The notes: a model not told the origin generated them from the letters alone. A DNA stretch of 64,000 nt from Chrysomallon squamiferum (GCA_012295275.1 CM022672.1:24242001-24306000); one strand, 5' to 3'. Counted from the stretch's first letter, positions 29,526 through 43,685 are shown. Made by a program: numbers and translations.

Positions 29526-30421
29526 ATCGGATAGAATTCTTCCTAAGTGTTACCAGAAACATTAATGCAATTGCTTTTCGTATTAGTTTCGTTCATTTCT
29601 TGTGAACATGGATTTCGAAATACTCCCTCTTGCCTGGTAAAGTTGAAAATACGAAAATTAAATCATAAAAAGTTATGATTACAGAACCAGGAAAAAGATG
29701 CCAGGAAATGCTAAAAGCGAGAATTTTGTGTCGTTCAGTTCGGAGATTCTGATATATATATAAGTATGTATATATGTATGTATGAAGATAATTACATTTT
29801 TCTGTGCGATGTGTGTTGGTGTGCGTATATGTGTGAATGTATGACTATATGTAAATATGTGAAGTAGTAATATATTCAGAAACACTATTTTTACGAATCT
29901 TTTAGGTTATTATTACATAAAACCAAACATTTTAAACATCAATTTTAACTGGTTATATAACATTCAAAAAAAAAAAAAAAAAAAAAAGCTTAATTATGAT
30001 TAATCCGTATTAACGTTTTATTCATAATAATATTTTCAGTTATATTTAGTGTTTTCTATTTTATTCAGTATCTACAGTGCATCCCTTCCTAATAATGTAA
30101 TTGATTTTTCGTAACAGAAAATTGCCAAGCTGATGACAGATACATGACAAAGATATCAGTGAGAATCCGAGTGATGTTTGTAATAAATGTTACCACGGTG
30201 AAAAACAATAGACAGAACACCAGATAAAGGCCTTATTACGTTTGATCATATTCTGTGTTGTTATTGATGCAGTCTGCCTCTGTTAATAAAGACATTAACA
30301 GGCTGTGTATTCTGAACGTAGCTGTAAAAGAAATTGTGCATGCAGTTATCAGTTATGTGTAATAATGAAATTGAAGGTGGTTTGAAATAAGGATTTTATG
30401 CAAGGCAGAACCATCGATTCT

Positions 30422-30567
30422 GCGTGCAGAGGTTTGATGATGCCCAGGGCTAACTCCTTTATTGATTCAAAAACTTAATGTTGATTTCTCTTTTTGAATG
30501 GAAGTTCCTGAAATGGGCGTTATGGACTGCCGCCACCTTCCCCCACCCCCCCTTCTGCACGCCTCTG
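30422..30567. mobile_element. Shorter, inverted copy of the 2135-2403 hAT-type MITE family
   Basis: GCGTGCAGAGGTTTGATGATGCCCAGGGCTAACTCCTTTATTG aligns to the reverse complement of ~2356-2398 (CGTGCAGAGGTCTGGTGATACCGTGGGCCAATTCCTTGATTG). The other end, CTTCTGCACGCCTCTG, matches the family TIR. The outermost bases of one TIR are lost and no TSD is seen. Confidence 0.75.
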
Positions 30568-33088
30568 CCTCGGGCCATTGTTCTACCGGCGAGCCAGCTC
30601 CGTCAGTTAATACACATTATTGCAAAAAATATTACACATAGTAGATAAAACGAAAAGTTTATATATCATTTATTTAAACCCACAATTATTATTTGTCTGG
30701 TTTGCTAACTGTATTTATATTACATCCTATAATACATGTCTGGTTGAAGAATTATAATTATACCGATTATTACACAAATATAAGCTGGCCATTAAGACTA
30801 AAACTGTTGATTTTTATTCTTCACATTTACGTTTACAGCAAGCTATGTATTTTTAATGCCCTGTTTTAGAAAATCGATGTGGATATCTGTATTCTGCATT
30901 ATAATTACTATTCAGTTGGTTTCTACGCTATCTAGTCTAATAATAAACAATGATTGACTATTATCTCTCCCTGTTATCAGGTTTTAGTGAAACACTGACT
31001 TTTTAATTATATTACATTCAAAATATTGTGAATTTACAAAGAAAGAAGCCATCTTTATTTCATGAGGATGCTTATGAATGAAATTTACAGAAATATTTTA
31101 GTTTTATTTTGAAAATGGTTTTGTTGTTGTTGATGGTGATGGTGGTGATGGTGGCGTTTCTTTGTGTGTGTGTGTGTGTGTGTGTGCGTGCGTGCCTGCT
31201 TGCACGCTTAATAAATAATTACCCACGAAACCGTCGAACTAAAGCATTATTTTGATAAAAGAAATCAATTACACCTCCAGATTATTTTTGCCAAAAATAC
31301 TAACATCTTGTTTTTATTTGAACTTTCCAGCGCACACGAAACAACACATTTAGAATGTAGAAAATCTGTTGCGTATCACTGGATAATGTCTCTGTCTTTA
31401 CTCCTATCTCTCGAATCAAAAAAAATAAAAAATTAAGCATTGTAGCTTTAAGTCAGATATCTATAATGGTATACTTTTCACTGTTACTTCAAGTTGTATG
31501 TTTTTGGCTATAACTATGTTAAGCCTGTAAGTGGGTTTCTCGAGCAATATACCAGTCAGTGATATCTTAGATAGATGCATTTACAATATTCTATTCCTGT
31601 CTAAGATCAGATGACAGGAGGATGTAGAGTTTCTTTATCAGACTGATTTACGTAATTTATTGAATGAATCCCACGTCAGCTAATCATTAGCAAGTGCCGC
31701 ACCTAGACCGTGTCAAGACCGGTCTCATTATACAGGTTAAGAATCTCAAAGAGTTACACGTAATAAAGTTATTAAGAAAACTGCCCGGGAGTTCTTGGTG
31801 AGGCAGAGACTGACTGTCCACTTCTAGCGGACACTGCAGAACATAAGATCAGTGCAAGAGAACTTATTAAAAGAAGGAAAATCTTGACTTTGATTTTATA
31901 GTAATTCCTCTCGAACTCCTTTGGTTTAGGACACGAACTTCTCAGTCCATTTCAATGTGTTACCTTTTCTAGCTTTGTGACGTCAAATGAACGGAACTCA
32001 TAGCCTCCTTGGTTTTGTATCTTTGCTAAATTGTGCTCAGACAAATTTATTTATAAAACGTGTTCTATTTATTTATTAAAGGTTGTGGCTAATAGTTTTG
32101 TTTTGTTTCTTTGGTGAATACTTTTACGAACATTCTATCTATGAACACATAATTACAGCAGCTAATATTTCAGTAATACCCACAAAGACGATCATTATAA
32201 TTATGGTTCAATTAACTTAGTTTCTTAATGTTGATTTTCTGGTTGAAATAAAATGCAATGTAGCTGTATTTTTTAACAGATCTTCTTCAGTATAAAAGAA
32301 ATGTAAAGACTCATTAGTTTCCAATGAACTGGTCTGTTTTCATTAATTTGTAAAATGTAGTTTGTTTTCAACAGCTATACACAGTGAAATTAAGAATTAT
32401 TTAAATTAATATAATGTCAAGCAATTAATCTATTAGTATTTAAAGTGAAAATGCAATCTTAAATTAAATAGAAGTTACATTAATGCCTAAAGCAAAAGAT
32501 TTCCAAATTTAAATCAATTAATTGTAATTTAAGCCGATGGATAAAATCATCTTCATAATTTATAAATTTTATAAGAAATGTAATTTGGCAGAATTATTAT
32601 TGAATGTGGAATTAAATACCGCAGCACTGTATGACCTACCGGTCAGAAATGATAAAAAGAAGATGAAGATGAAAAACCAACATTTATATACTATACTCAT
32701 TCATCATACTTACTAATCAGGTCTAACAGCTGCATCGTGCAGAAAAGCAGCTAATACATTAACTGAATGCAAATATGACAATGAACTGATGACAGCGACA
32801 AAAACATCGCATTCCAAGCAAAAAAACAAAACAAAGACAAAAAAAAGAATCAATTCAAACACAAGACCAGTACAATCATTTCAAAACCCTTCCATTCCGG
32901 AAGTACTTGACCGAAAGAATTGTATACGAAGTAATGAGACATATTGATTTTCACATCCAGTTCCTGGTGAAAAACAATAACAACAACAATCAAACAGACA
33001 AACATCAGGATAGTTAAGATTCAAGACAATCTAAAGCAACAAAGAAAAGATATAAATTATCAACGACATTTATCTGTTGTCTTTATTT

Positions 33089-33121
<33 letters not shown>

Positions 33122-36100
33122 ACTTCCGGTTCTAGCTGCATCAGGCTCGAGTTCAAATTCAAAGAAAACTTATGGTTAAATATTAAACTGAACTGCTGAA
33201 CAGTTTAATCTGAATTTTCTTTTTTCGCGTATCATCTTTTAGTTAACCACCTTTTACAGCCTTCTCACAACATTTTGCTTTCAAATCTGTTTTAAATTAA
33301 AAAAAAGAATTAAATTACAACTTATGAAAACTTGTATATAAATATAAACTATAATGTACACAAATGTGTTAATAGTTCGTCGAATGTAAAAAAATATATT
33401 TTACTAGGCTTCCTGCACTTTATATATTTATTTATTTATTTATTTATTGTTAATAATGCGATTGTCAAATGAAAAGTAAAGATCTATCAGCAAATTTCTT
33501 TCAAAAAAAGAAGGAAAGAAAAGAAAAAGAAAGAGAAAAAGAATATTAAGCAAAAATAAAAATAAAAAAATAAATATATATAAATATAATGTTACTGAAT
33601 GCTGCGATTTGAGACTACATCTGTTCACAGAGTCACTGGACCGGAACTGGTGGATGTGCCATCAACGGAAATCATGGTCTGGTAATATTCTATATAATGT
33701 TTCAACAAATAGAGAGATGTTTCATTTAAGTACTAATTTATAAAGCTAGCTGTCTTTTTCAGTAGTTGACATAATGTAAAAAGATCCTACTGTATGGTCT
33801 GAATTATTTTAATTCTTGGAAACATTCTCGTCTGTAAAACATGTTAGAATTATCTGGTGAATAGAGCAGCTGTAATTTGTTGAGTGTTTTGGATTATCTA
33901 ATATATATTATATTAACATCAGAGAAACATAATACAATAACATGAAAACTGCGTCAGATTTAAAAACTCGAAATCACATCACATGACAACTAAGTGAAAT
34001 TCCAATAGGAGAAAAACCTTAGTTTCAAAGTGAATTCATTTGAGAATAGGAAAATAGTAATCAAGAGTAACACTGAAAGTATCATTTGTGCATGTTTAGA
34101 GAGATTTTCTTTTCATCTCATTTTTTTTTTCACCATTATTCCCCATATCTTATCTTGATTTTTAATAAGTCTTGAAGATGTGAGAAAAACGCTGTTGATT
34201 AAAAAGCACTAAAAACCAGTAATTACTCATTATACATGCATTAAAGATAAATAAAATTCTAATTCGTGGATTATTAAACTCACAGGTAGATACACTAGTC
34301 AAACTAATTAGAATCGAGAAATCAGCTCTGTAATAAGCTTGGCTAAATAAAGGTACGTCAAGAAACAGCCATGCCAATAAAACTTGGCTTTAACTAGTAT
34401 AATTAACAAAACTTATTAGTTCCAGTACATTTTATGAGATAATAATGCGCTGTGTATCTGAAAAATTACAGTAATATTATAGTAACTAAGCTGGAATGTC
34501 AAATATTCGTAACAGCCTTTTGTGGATTTAATGCGTTCGTCCGCTTACAAAGTTGGCACTACCCTATATTTGCCACGTTATTTATTAATTTTTATCACGA
34601 AACTAGTTTAATCTTAAAAGAAAAATCCACCCTCCAGATACGTTTCTACCAGCAATACCTCTTACAAAGTTACAAAAAACAAGAGACTTGTGCCTAATCA
34701 AATGCATCGATTACATTTTAAAATTGCATATTGAGTTATTTCAAAGGCTAAATCATATCTCTTGATGGTAGCAATATCACGCTATGACGGCAGGTTATTG
34801 GGAAAATAATAATTCAGTTTGATACCATAATTTTATGAAATGTTATGCTAATGTTCATAATTCATCTGTTCATACTGACTTCTGATTTTTGTGTATATAA
34901 TTTTATATCTTCTTCATACTGAAATGTCACCTTCACATTAATTAAGTTAAAAAAAATAGGAATATAGCCAGAGATGTTTATTATTTTTGCTCATAAAAAA
35001 AAATGTTCTTATCAAAATATCATTTCCGTTATTTTAATGTTTCAATTTTATTTCTAAGCGATTACTAATTGAACACATGGACAAGAAAGATAAGCGACTT
35101 TCATGTTTATCTATCACAAATCTGATAAGAATGCACTGAAACTAAATGTATCAGATGTGATAATGTTATTATAATATTCGCAATGAGGGCCAAAAAAATG
35201 TCTGTCCAATTTTCTGGTTTTAATTATCAGTTGTATCTCCTTATATTTTATTAATAATGTCTATTTGTCATCATGTTGTTTCAGGGTTGTGTGCATCCAT
35301 TAGCTCTTATTCTCAGAACGGAAAAGCCGCGGAAGAATGTAAAAAAAAAATATGCCGGTACAGAGCGGAAATTACAATATATAACTTGAAGACGAAACAA
35401 AAATGATGTACAATATAGAAGAAAAACCAAACAAGAAAATAAAAATTATAATGATAATGATATTACTGAATAAAATGATGTTGTAATACAGAAAAATATA
35501 CCAAACATTTTTGTTTTGCGCTCATGATACTAGAGAGAAAGCCTCTGCCTCTATACCGTGCTATGGCAAATATTCCACAGAACAGATTTGATTCTGAACT
35601 CATGACGCCTAAGTATGTAGCCTAACCACTAAACCTCTGTTCGCTCTGATAAGGTCTAACGTAACACGGTTATTAATCGGAGATTGACTCTGTTTTACCT
35701 TGTTGTCTTCAAAGATGTCAGCATTAATTTATTTCGGCTTTCTTGTCTCGAAATCAATGGCAGTTGTTTCTAGCGTTACAAAAACAACTTACAGCGTTAC
35801 AAATGAAGACAAAACATAGTTAAAGGATGATAATTACTGCGAATGATCTTCATAACTAGCGATCTTTTAAAATGATATATGTACCGATTACGTATTTATA
35901 TTTACTGTATTTAATACGATATAAGTTGTATTTAAATACAGACTTGCGTAACCTGGCATGTTAATCTCTAGTTTGATCTGGTTATAATGCCACTAATTGC
36001 TGTGGTCTTATCTGAGAAATGTCAGCAATAACTTTCTCCACCAACATCTTATTTATTAAACTTTCTTTTCCGCTTAACCTCAATTCCTGTATTGGTCTTT

Positions 36101-37297
36101 TTGCAGTATTTTCTTTTACCCAGACGATGTCCATAGAAAAAAAAATGTTAGTATCGAAGCTAAAGATAATAATGCATTTAAATATAATGGAAAGATTAGT
36201 TTGTTCAATCACTGCTTTTCTTTCTTTTTTCTTTTAGTTTTTTTAAATTTTCTTTTTCTTTTCTTTTTTTCACTTTATTTAACTTTAAAAATTAACACTA
36301 CTTCGTTAATGATAATAAAAAAAATTATATAGGGTAGTATAAGAGGTAAACAAAGCAGTTGTTACATTTTTAGAAATATTGTTTATTTTCATTAAAATGG
36401 TTTTATATTCAAACAATGTTGTTAATATTAGTAAATAAGTTATCAGTATTACGATGTTTGCGAAAAAAAACCTGTTCATTACAGGTTGTCAATCGCCGCC
36501 CTTTCTGTTTTCTTTCATTGAAAAGAGAGAAAACAAAAATGAAACATCTCAGTATAGCCCATCGATTCAGTAAGCAAAAAAATAAAAAAATAAAAAAATA
36601 AAAAATAAAAAAATAAATAAAAGAAAACCAAGTAGCGAAACAAATTTCCGATTTAAATAAAGAAAAAAAAAAAAAGCTAATGTCTTACCAGTTAAACAAT
36701 TGATGCTGTTTTTTTTTTAACTGAAAATTAATGTTTCTTTTAAATCTGCTTAGCTTCTGTATAAATATTTCCTTAAAAAGAGTGTAGGAGAGAGACTCGG
36801 AGTGATGTGTGTATTACACATGCTGATATCTATATTTGGAAGCAACCCCTAGCGACTCACGCTGATAATGTTTGTGTAAGTCCGTCCGCTTCTGTTTTTC
36901 ATATCACTCAAGTGAACTTTATGTTCTGTGCAACTCATTTATACGTTATCCTGAGAAAACTATAGTGAAACAATTTTCTAAGAGGAAAATATCACTCTAA
37001 TAATGTCTGGTGACGGACTGTGTTAAGTATTAAGTGGTTAAAATTATCTGGTTAAACTTTCAGTAACATAAGAATTGTAGTTAGTGAGTGTGGTCTGTCA
37101 CTGTGTGTATCTGTTTGTTGATGTTGTCATAAAGTTAGTTATTAGAAACGGTTTTATAAACTGATTAATAAACAAATTGAATAATATAATAACATAATAA
37201 TAATTTGCGTATCTTTTTGAATCTTGGTTTACTGAATAATATTTGTAATTTCCTTGCGTTGGCAATCCAAATATTATTTTCGCTCAGACACTCTAAC

Positions 37298-37350
<53 letters not shown>

Positions 37351-37364
37351 CAATTAATTATCCG

Positions 37365-38230
37365 TGTGTCACATTAATATAAACGAATCAGTTATTAAAC
37401 GCACAAATGCTGACGCTGGCATTAGATAAACATTGAAAAAACTGTTTTCCCTAAAACATTTTATATTTTCAGAAAACGAACTCAGACGTACCTTATTTCC
37501 CGCTCTCCCTTCAAATAAGGAAATACTGCTTCCGGGACTAGTCACAATGCCCGAGACGAGAAAAAGAACGTCTGTGCTGTGTAATTCTCTATTGTTCAAT
37601 AATACATTATTTACAACTGCTACTCCAAGAATCTTCTGCTCTGCAGTGCGCTCTGACTGCTGCAGAGTTCTTCGCGTGAAGAAAGCAAATAACCGAATCA
37701 CGGAAACAATATATTACCACATATGATGCACACGTGCGGCTGTTTTTGCCATTAGTGCGCCTTGGACAAATTTTTCTATCTTCTTTATTTATAATATGGT
37801 ATGTGTATTTTGACGAATTTTTTTTTTTTTTTTTTTTATGGTGTTTTGTTGGTTTTTTCGTGTGTTTTTTTTTTTTAACCTCTTTTCGGAGGCAGGTAAG
37901 AAATAAGCTATATTATACGCGATGCCTGGAATGCCACTTTTACCTTGGAGATGTTGTGGGAAAAATCACGGCGTTAGAGTTTTGCAGGGGATTGTTGTTT
38001 GCGAGTCGTCACACTGCAAACGGGGATCATATCGCAGAGAAAGAGAAGATGTGAGGAAAGTTTGGCACCGTAGTATAAAGAGATTGTCAGACGTAATTAT
38101 TGCCTGCTTGCTGTCTGACGAAAAGTGGTTCGTAGTGCGAGCGTGGTTGCAGTCTGCGAGTTAAAAAAACAGAATAAAAATAATGGCGGTATTCGCTCTA
38201 CCTTTTCAAGACGTATTCTCTTTAATGTAA
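37365..38230. promoter_or_regulatory. CpG/GC-richer unique island; candidate promoter, first exon or enhancer
   Basis: CpG and G+C density is visibly higher than in the flanks. It contains an E-box CACGTG (~37731), a plus-strand donor-like CAG|GTAAGA (~37885) and a minus-strand donor-like AAG|GTAAAA (37943). There is no convincing ORF. Confidence 0.35.
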
Positions 38231-39526
38231 ATTTAATTTTAAGCAAAAATACAACAACAAAAAAAGACTTTTATCAGTCAGTGCCAACAACTTGTGAGGT
38301 AACATTTATGATAGATCGAGATCTGAAAGATACCGTGGATTACTAAAAAGATGATAAAGATAATTCCAAAATGTTATCTTTTTAAAATTGGTTTTGTTAA
38401 TTCATTTAAATGTTATGTTAAAATGTAAAATTAATTTGTTAATTCGTTGAATACAAACAGTAAGACTAGGCTTAATTTATAACAATGAAAAAGAAAATAT
38501 TTCTATTTCGTATCACTGCAATCAGATACTTATGTATGTGTGATAAATTTAGAATTTCTACCTAACAGCTGTCAAAACAGAGATTTTTTTGTATGAAACA
38601 TGAACTTAAACACATGTTATATGTTAGTAGATATACAAAAATAATTCTCATGCTATTTCAACAGAATTGTTTTATTATCACCATCATCATCATCATCAAT
38701 AATAGTAGTAGTAGTAGTAATAATAGTTGTAGCACTAATATCATAATAAATTATATATCTTTTTGTAAACCATGGTTTAATGAAAATATCGAAGAACATC
38801 AGGATTCATTGGCCCCTACCTTGGCTAGACAAAACGAATTTATCTCACCATTTAACTAATAAGAGACGAAGAAGTGTCTGGAATGGAAAATAATCCAGTA
38901 TGTTCTATGATGAGAATAGACTGTGCGACTTACCACAGTTTGGTTATGGTCGCAGTTACACCGACAACAGCGATAGAAAGAGTAGTAGTAACAGAAGCAA
39001 TGATAATGGCAATACCACTAGTAACAGTTTCAGTATTAGTAATAATATATGTTGTTATAATGGTAGTGCCAGCTGTAACAGCCTCAGTAATGGTAATGCA
39101 ATAGTAGTAGTAGTAGCAGTAATTATAGTAGTCGTAGTAGTTGTTGTAATAACCGTAGCAGTAATAGCAGTAGTAGTGGTAAAAATGTTAGTCCATTATT
39201 CCAGTATAATCAGTGATTAGTGATTTTAAAATATAATTACCATTGCTTATATTCTCTTTATATTTTATGATGTTTAAAATTAGAGCAGCTTTTTATGTTT
39301 TTGATTTATATCCCTGCACCGAAAAACACAAGGATGTTAAAGCTCAAAATATAAGTTCATATGGGAAACCCCCATAAAACATATATATCTTTTTTGTGTG
39401 TGTATATATATATGTATATATATTATTTATTTATAACATATTTTAAGTGAGTAACGTTCTAATGCAACAGAGTAAGAAAGCGGAAAATTGAGTAATTTCA
39501 AAAAACGTTTTTATTATTTCTGATTT

Positions 39527-39571
<45 letters not shown>

Positions 39572-40145
39572 TTTGCTTTTCTTTTTATTCGTTTTTATAA
39601 ATATAAATCAGAACTAAGCTAAACCTTATTTTCGCCTTATTTATGAGAGACATAAACATTATTTTCGTTAATTTTAAATGCTTATAACAAGACAAAACAG
39701 CAAAAAAAGAAACATTACCTTAATTCTTCTGTTATCATTTCAGACTGCTGTTGTGAAGGTAATACGCTTTATATGATTCCAGAAAGTCATAATTGTATCT
39801 GATCCGAAATTGTAGGCACACTAATAAACAGTAGGAGTGGATTTAAATACACCATCAACAGCAAAATTACGAAAATCCAAAAATAATTTTCTGTCCCTGA
39901 AACAACAGATCAATAATGTATAATCTTCTTACACTGATGATTTGAAAGATGTACTTATTGATTTAGACATACAAAACAGCCGCAAAAATACAGAGAATTA
40001 ACATAAGTAGCATTACATGATTATCTGTTGGCGTAAATATGTTAGAAAGTAACTATTAAATATGAATCATATTATAAATGTTTCACCTCTTTTTCCAAAG
40101 AGCCAGTTCGTTGGTGTTAACATATATAAATATATGTGTGCGCGC

Positions 40146-40196
<51 letters not shown>

Positions 40197-41216
40197 TGAG
40201 TGTCCATTTAACAAAGCCTTTCCCACTTCTGAGTACGAACAGTTCGTGTTAAAAGGTTTATATGCTAATGTACATAAAAAGTAAGTGGCACGTCAAAACC
40301 ATTTATAGGATCGGAGTATAAATCTCCTATTTTCCATTATACCTCTGTCTGTCCCAACTTTCCTTTTATCAAAAATGGTGATTACTGTTTTCCAATCTAT
40401 GGGGAGGTGCACACAATCGACTCCTCTTTGCTAATCGATAACATTTAGCTCATCTTTCAAATAAAAATTTTGTTTAATACATTATCTGCTGCAATTAAAG
40501 CAATATCCATTTATCAGTTTAAAACATTTTAGTGACATTTTCTTCTTGTGTTATTGTTTTCACTAATGTACTAACAGATATTTGAACACAAAGGCGTGTT
40601 CTGATGGTTACAGTACCTTTTGAACTTTAGAGAAAGCGCACACTCGAACAACGAACTACACAGAGAAAGTTAAAAAGAAACAGATAATTACGTAGATATA
40701 TCGATCGACAATGAAACAGTTTGAATAACAAAGACATAATAAAAATACTCTTTCACCAAGAGAAAAAAGGAAAATGTTGTTTAATGGAATTATTACCACT
40801 TTGTTCATCTCTCTTTTATATTTTTACATTCTAAAACAAAAATAGAACATACCAAAACCCTACGTTATATTTATCTGCAATAATGCAAGCATAAAAAAGT
40901 TAAATGGAGAAATATATATTAGTCCAATAAATTTTTGTTCACATAAAATATTACAATTAAATTATATTATTAGTAGCAGTAATAGAAGTAGTACCACTAG
41001 CTGCAGCAGTAGCAGCAATAGCAGTAGTCTCAGAAATGGTAGTAGTTATAGTAGTAGAAATGATAGTAAAAGTATATTATTTATTATTAGGAGTCATCGG
41101 ATCAATCCTAATTAACGCACCATTTGAGTCAGTGCCATGTTTTTAGTATATCAAAGTCCGTATTATATAGTTTCATGTAAAATACTTGTATACACACACA
41201 CACATTGTTCAAGTTA

Positions 41217-42269
41217 TGTGTGTGTGTGTGTGTGTGTGTGTATACACATACATCTTATACTTTTGTTTGTTGTGTGTGTGTGTGTATATACACATACATT
41301 TTATACTTTTGTTTGTGTGTGTGTGTGTATACACATACATCTTATACTTTTGTTTGTGTGTGTGTGTGTATATACACACATCTTATACTTTTGTTTGTTT
41401 TTGTGTGTGTGTATACACATACATCTTATACTTTTGTTTGTTTGTGGGTGTGTGTGTGTGTATACACATACATCTTATACTTTTTGTTTGTGTGTGTGTA
41501 TATACACATACATCTTATACTTTTGTTTGTTTGTGTGTGTGTATATACACATACATCTTATACTTTGTTTGTTTTTGTGTGTGTGTGTGTATACACATAC
41601 ATCTTATACTTTTGTTTCTGTGTGTTTCTTTGTGTGTGTGTGTGTATATACACATACATCTTATACTTTTGTTTTTATACTTTTGTTTCTTTGTGTGTGT
41701 GTGTGTATATACATACATCTTATACTTTTGTTTCTTTTGTGTGTGTGTGTGTGTATATACACATACATCTTATACTTTTGTTTCTTTGTGTGTGTGTGTG
41801 TATATACATACATCTTATACTTTTGTTTCTTTGTGTGTGTGTGTGTATATACACATACATCTTATACTTTTGTTTCTTTGTGTGTGTGTGTGTATATACA
41901 CATACATCTTATACTTTTGTTTCTTTGTGTGTGTGTGTGTATATACACATACATCTTATACTTTTGTTTCTTTGTGTGTGTGTGTGTATATACACATATC
42001 TTATACTTTTTTTTGTTTCTTTGTGTGTGTGTGTTTGTGTGTGTGTGTATATACACATACATCTTATACTTTTGTTTCTTTGTGTGTGTGTGTGTTTCTT
42101 TGTGTGTGTGTGTGTGTTTCTTTGTGTGTGTGTTTGTGTGTGTGTGTGTATACACATACATCTTATATACTTTTTGTTTGTGTGTGTGTGTATACATACA
42201 CATACATCTTATACTTTTGTTTGTGTGTGTGTGTATACACCATCTTATACTTTTTTGTTTGTGTGTGTA
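41217..42269. repeat. Minisatellite of ~21 units: (TG)n-TATACACATACATCTTATACTTTTGTTT(CTT/GTT), ~40-50 bp each
   Basis: The core CACATACATCTTATACTTTTGTTT is repeated with variable (TG)n between copies. The unit has no plus-strand stop codon in any frame, which produces the 375-402-aa ORFs. Confidence 0.97.
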
Positions 42270-42896
42270 GATACGAAGATGATGCGGAGTTTTCAGCACA
42301 CGTTGTTATCAGTTTTACCTTGTCAGTTATGAAAATATTTTCACGTTTAGACATAAATAGACTGGAAAAACAGAACGGATTTGATATCTTATAAGGCATC
42401 TTAGTACAAAATTACATCATTACAACGTATATGAATGCAGTTGACTTTCACGTTTTTGTGATGTTTTTTTTTTTTTTCATTTAAGAAGAATGAAAGGAAT
42501 AATAAAATAACTATAAAGCTGTTTCGGATAAAAAATGTTTTTTTTTCCATTTATAAATATGTTTTTAATTGTCATCTGATAGCTATAATTTTTGTTTGCT
42601 ATGTTTGTTTATTGTGCTTTTCGTTGTTTTTTTATTGTTTTTTTATTTATTTATCTAATTTATTTATTTGTTCATTCATTCATTTTCGTTGTTTTTCCTT
42701 CTTCATATGTTGTTATATTTTCTTCTTCTTTATTTTGTGTTTAGAGACAGAGACTGGTTTCTGATTTTGTTTTATTATATATTTATTATTATTATTACTA
42801 TTCGTGTTTTTTTAACCAGTCATTTACTAACAGTTAATCGTTAATATTAAAAGGTATGTGATGTATGTGATGGAGCCTTTTTCACTCATTTTGTGT

Positions 42897-42930
<34 letters not shown>

Positions 42931-43539
42931 CAGCCATAAGATTTTATTTAAAATTTACCTCTATTTTTTTAAATAATAATTGTTATGCGTGTAAATATTT
43001 TGTAAACTATACACATAGGTGTATATATATATATAATATATATATATATAAACCTGTGCGTTTTTTCTTATTTTCAGCTTTGAAAGATTTCACCTCTTCA
43101 CTTATTCGCACTAAGAATATAATTAACATCACAGAACTGACACTGTAACTAACTCAGATATGTGAGTAATGTCGAAAGGCAAGTAAATAATTTCAGCTGA
43201 AAGAAATCTCTGTGCTTCGGAATATCTCTTCTTTGTGGCAACTTAAGAACGCATTCATGTTTTGTATTTACTCGGATTACAAACATAAAGAGAGAAGATA
43301 CAAAAATACACGTTCTATATATATTTTATAACCACTAAATAACTGTTTGCTAATTCGTGTAGTCAGTCATGTGTGCACTGAGGCAAATAAAATAGTCAGC
43401 GCATACAATGGTTTTATAAATTGCCAAAAATAACAATGACACCCGAACCCAAGCTTATTATGTAACCACAGAGTACAATTCTGATCTGATAAGGCAAAAC
43501 AGTATGATCTCAGTTTAATGACTGAATATAACAGTTTTA

Positions 43540-43636
43540 ATAATAATAATAATAATAACAACAACAACAACAACAACAAAACAACAACAACGAATATAAC
43601 AATAATAAACCGATAATAGCAAAAATAGCAATAGCT

Positions 43637-43685
<49 letters not shown>

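Noticed and set aside
32897-33130. Inverted pair of ETS-like CCGGAAGT sites and a B-box-like GAGTTCAAAT nearby
   Set aside because: These are short motifs with no A box, tRNA fold or other supporting structure.
38593-39220. Ser/Asn/Val-rich ORFs
   Set aside because: These come from TAG/TAA/CAG low-complexity sequence, with overlapping frames that are equally uninformative.
41217-42269. CRISPR-like repeat/spacer appearance
   Set aside because: The 'spacers' are just (TG)n, there are no cas genes, and the context is eukaryotic.
41137-42394. Three long ORFs (375-402 aa) rich in C/V/Y
   Set aside because: They are the three frames of a stop-free minisatellite and have no protein-like complexity.
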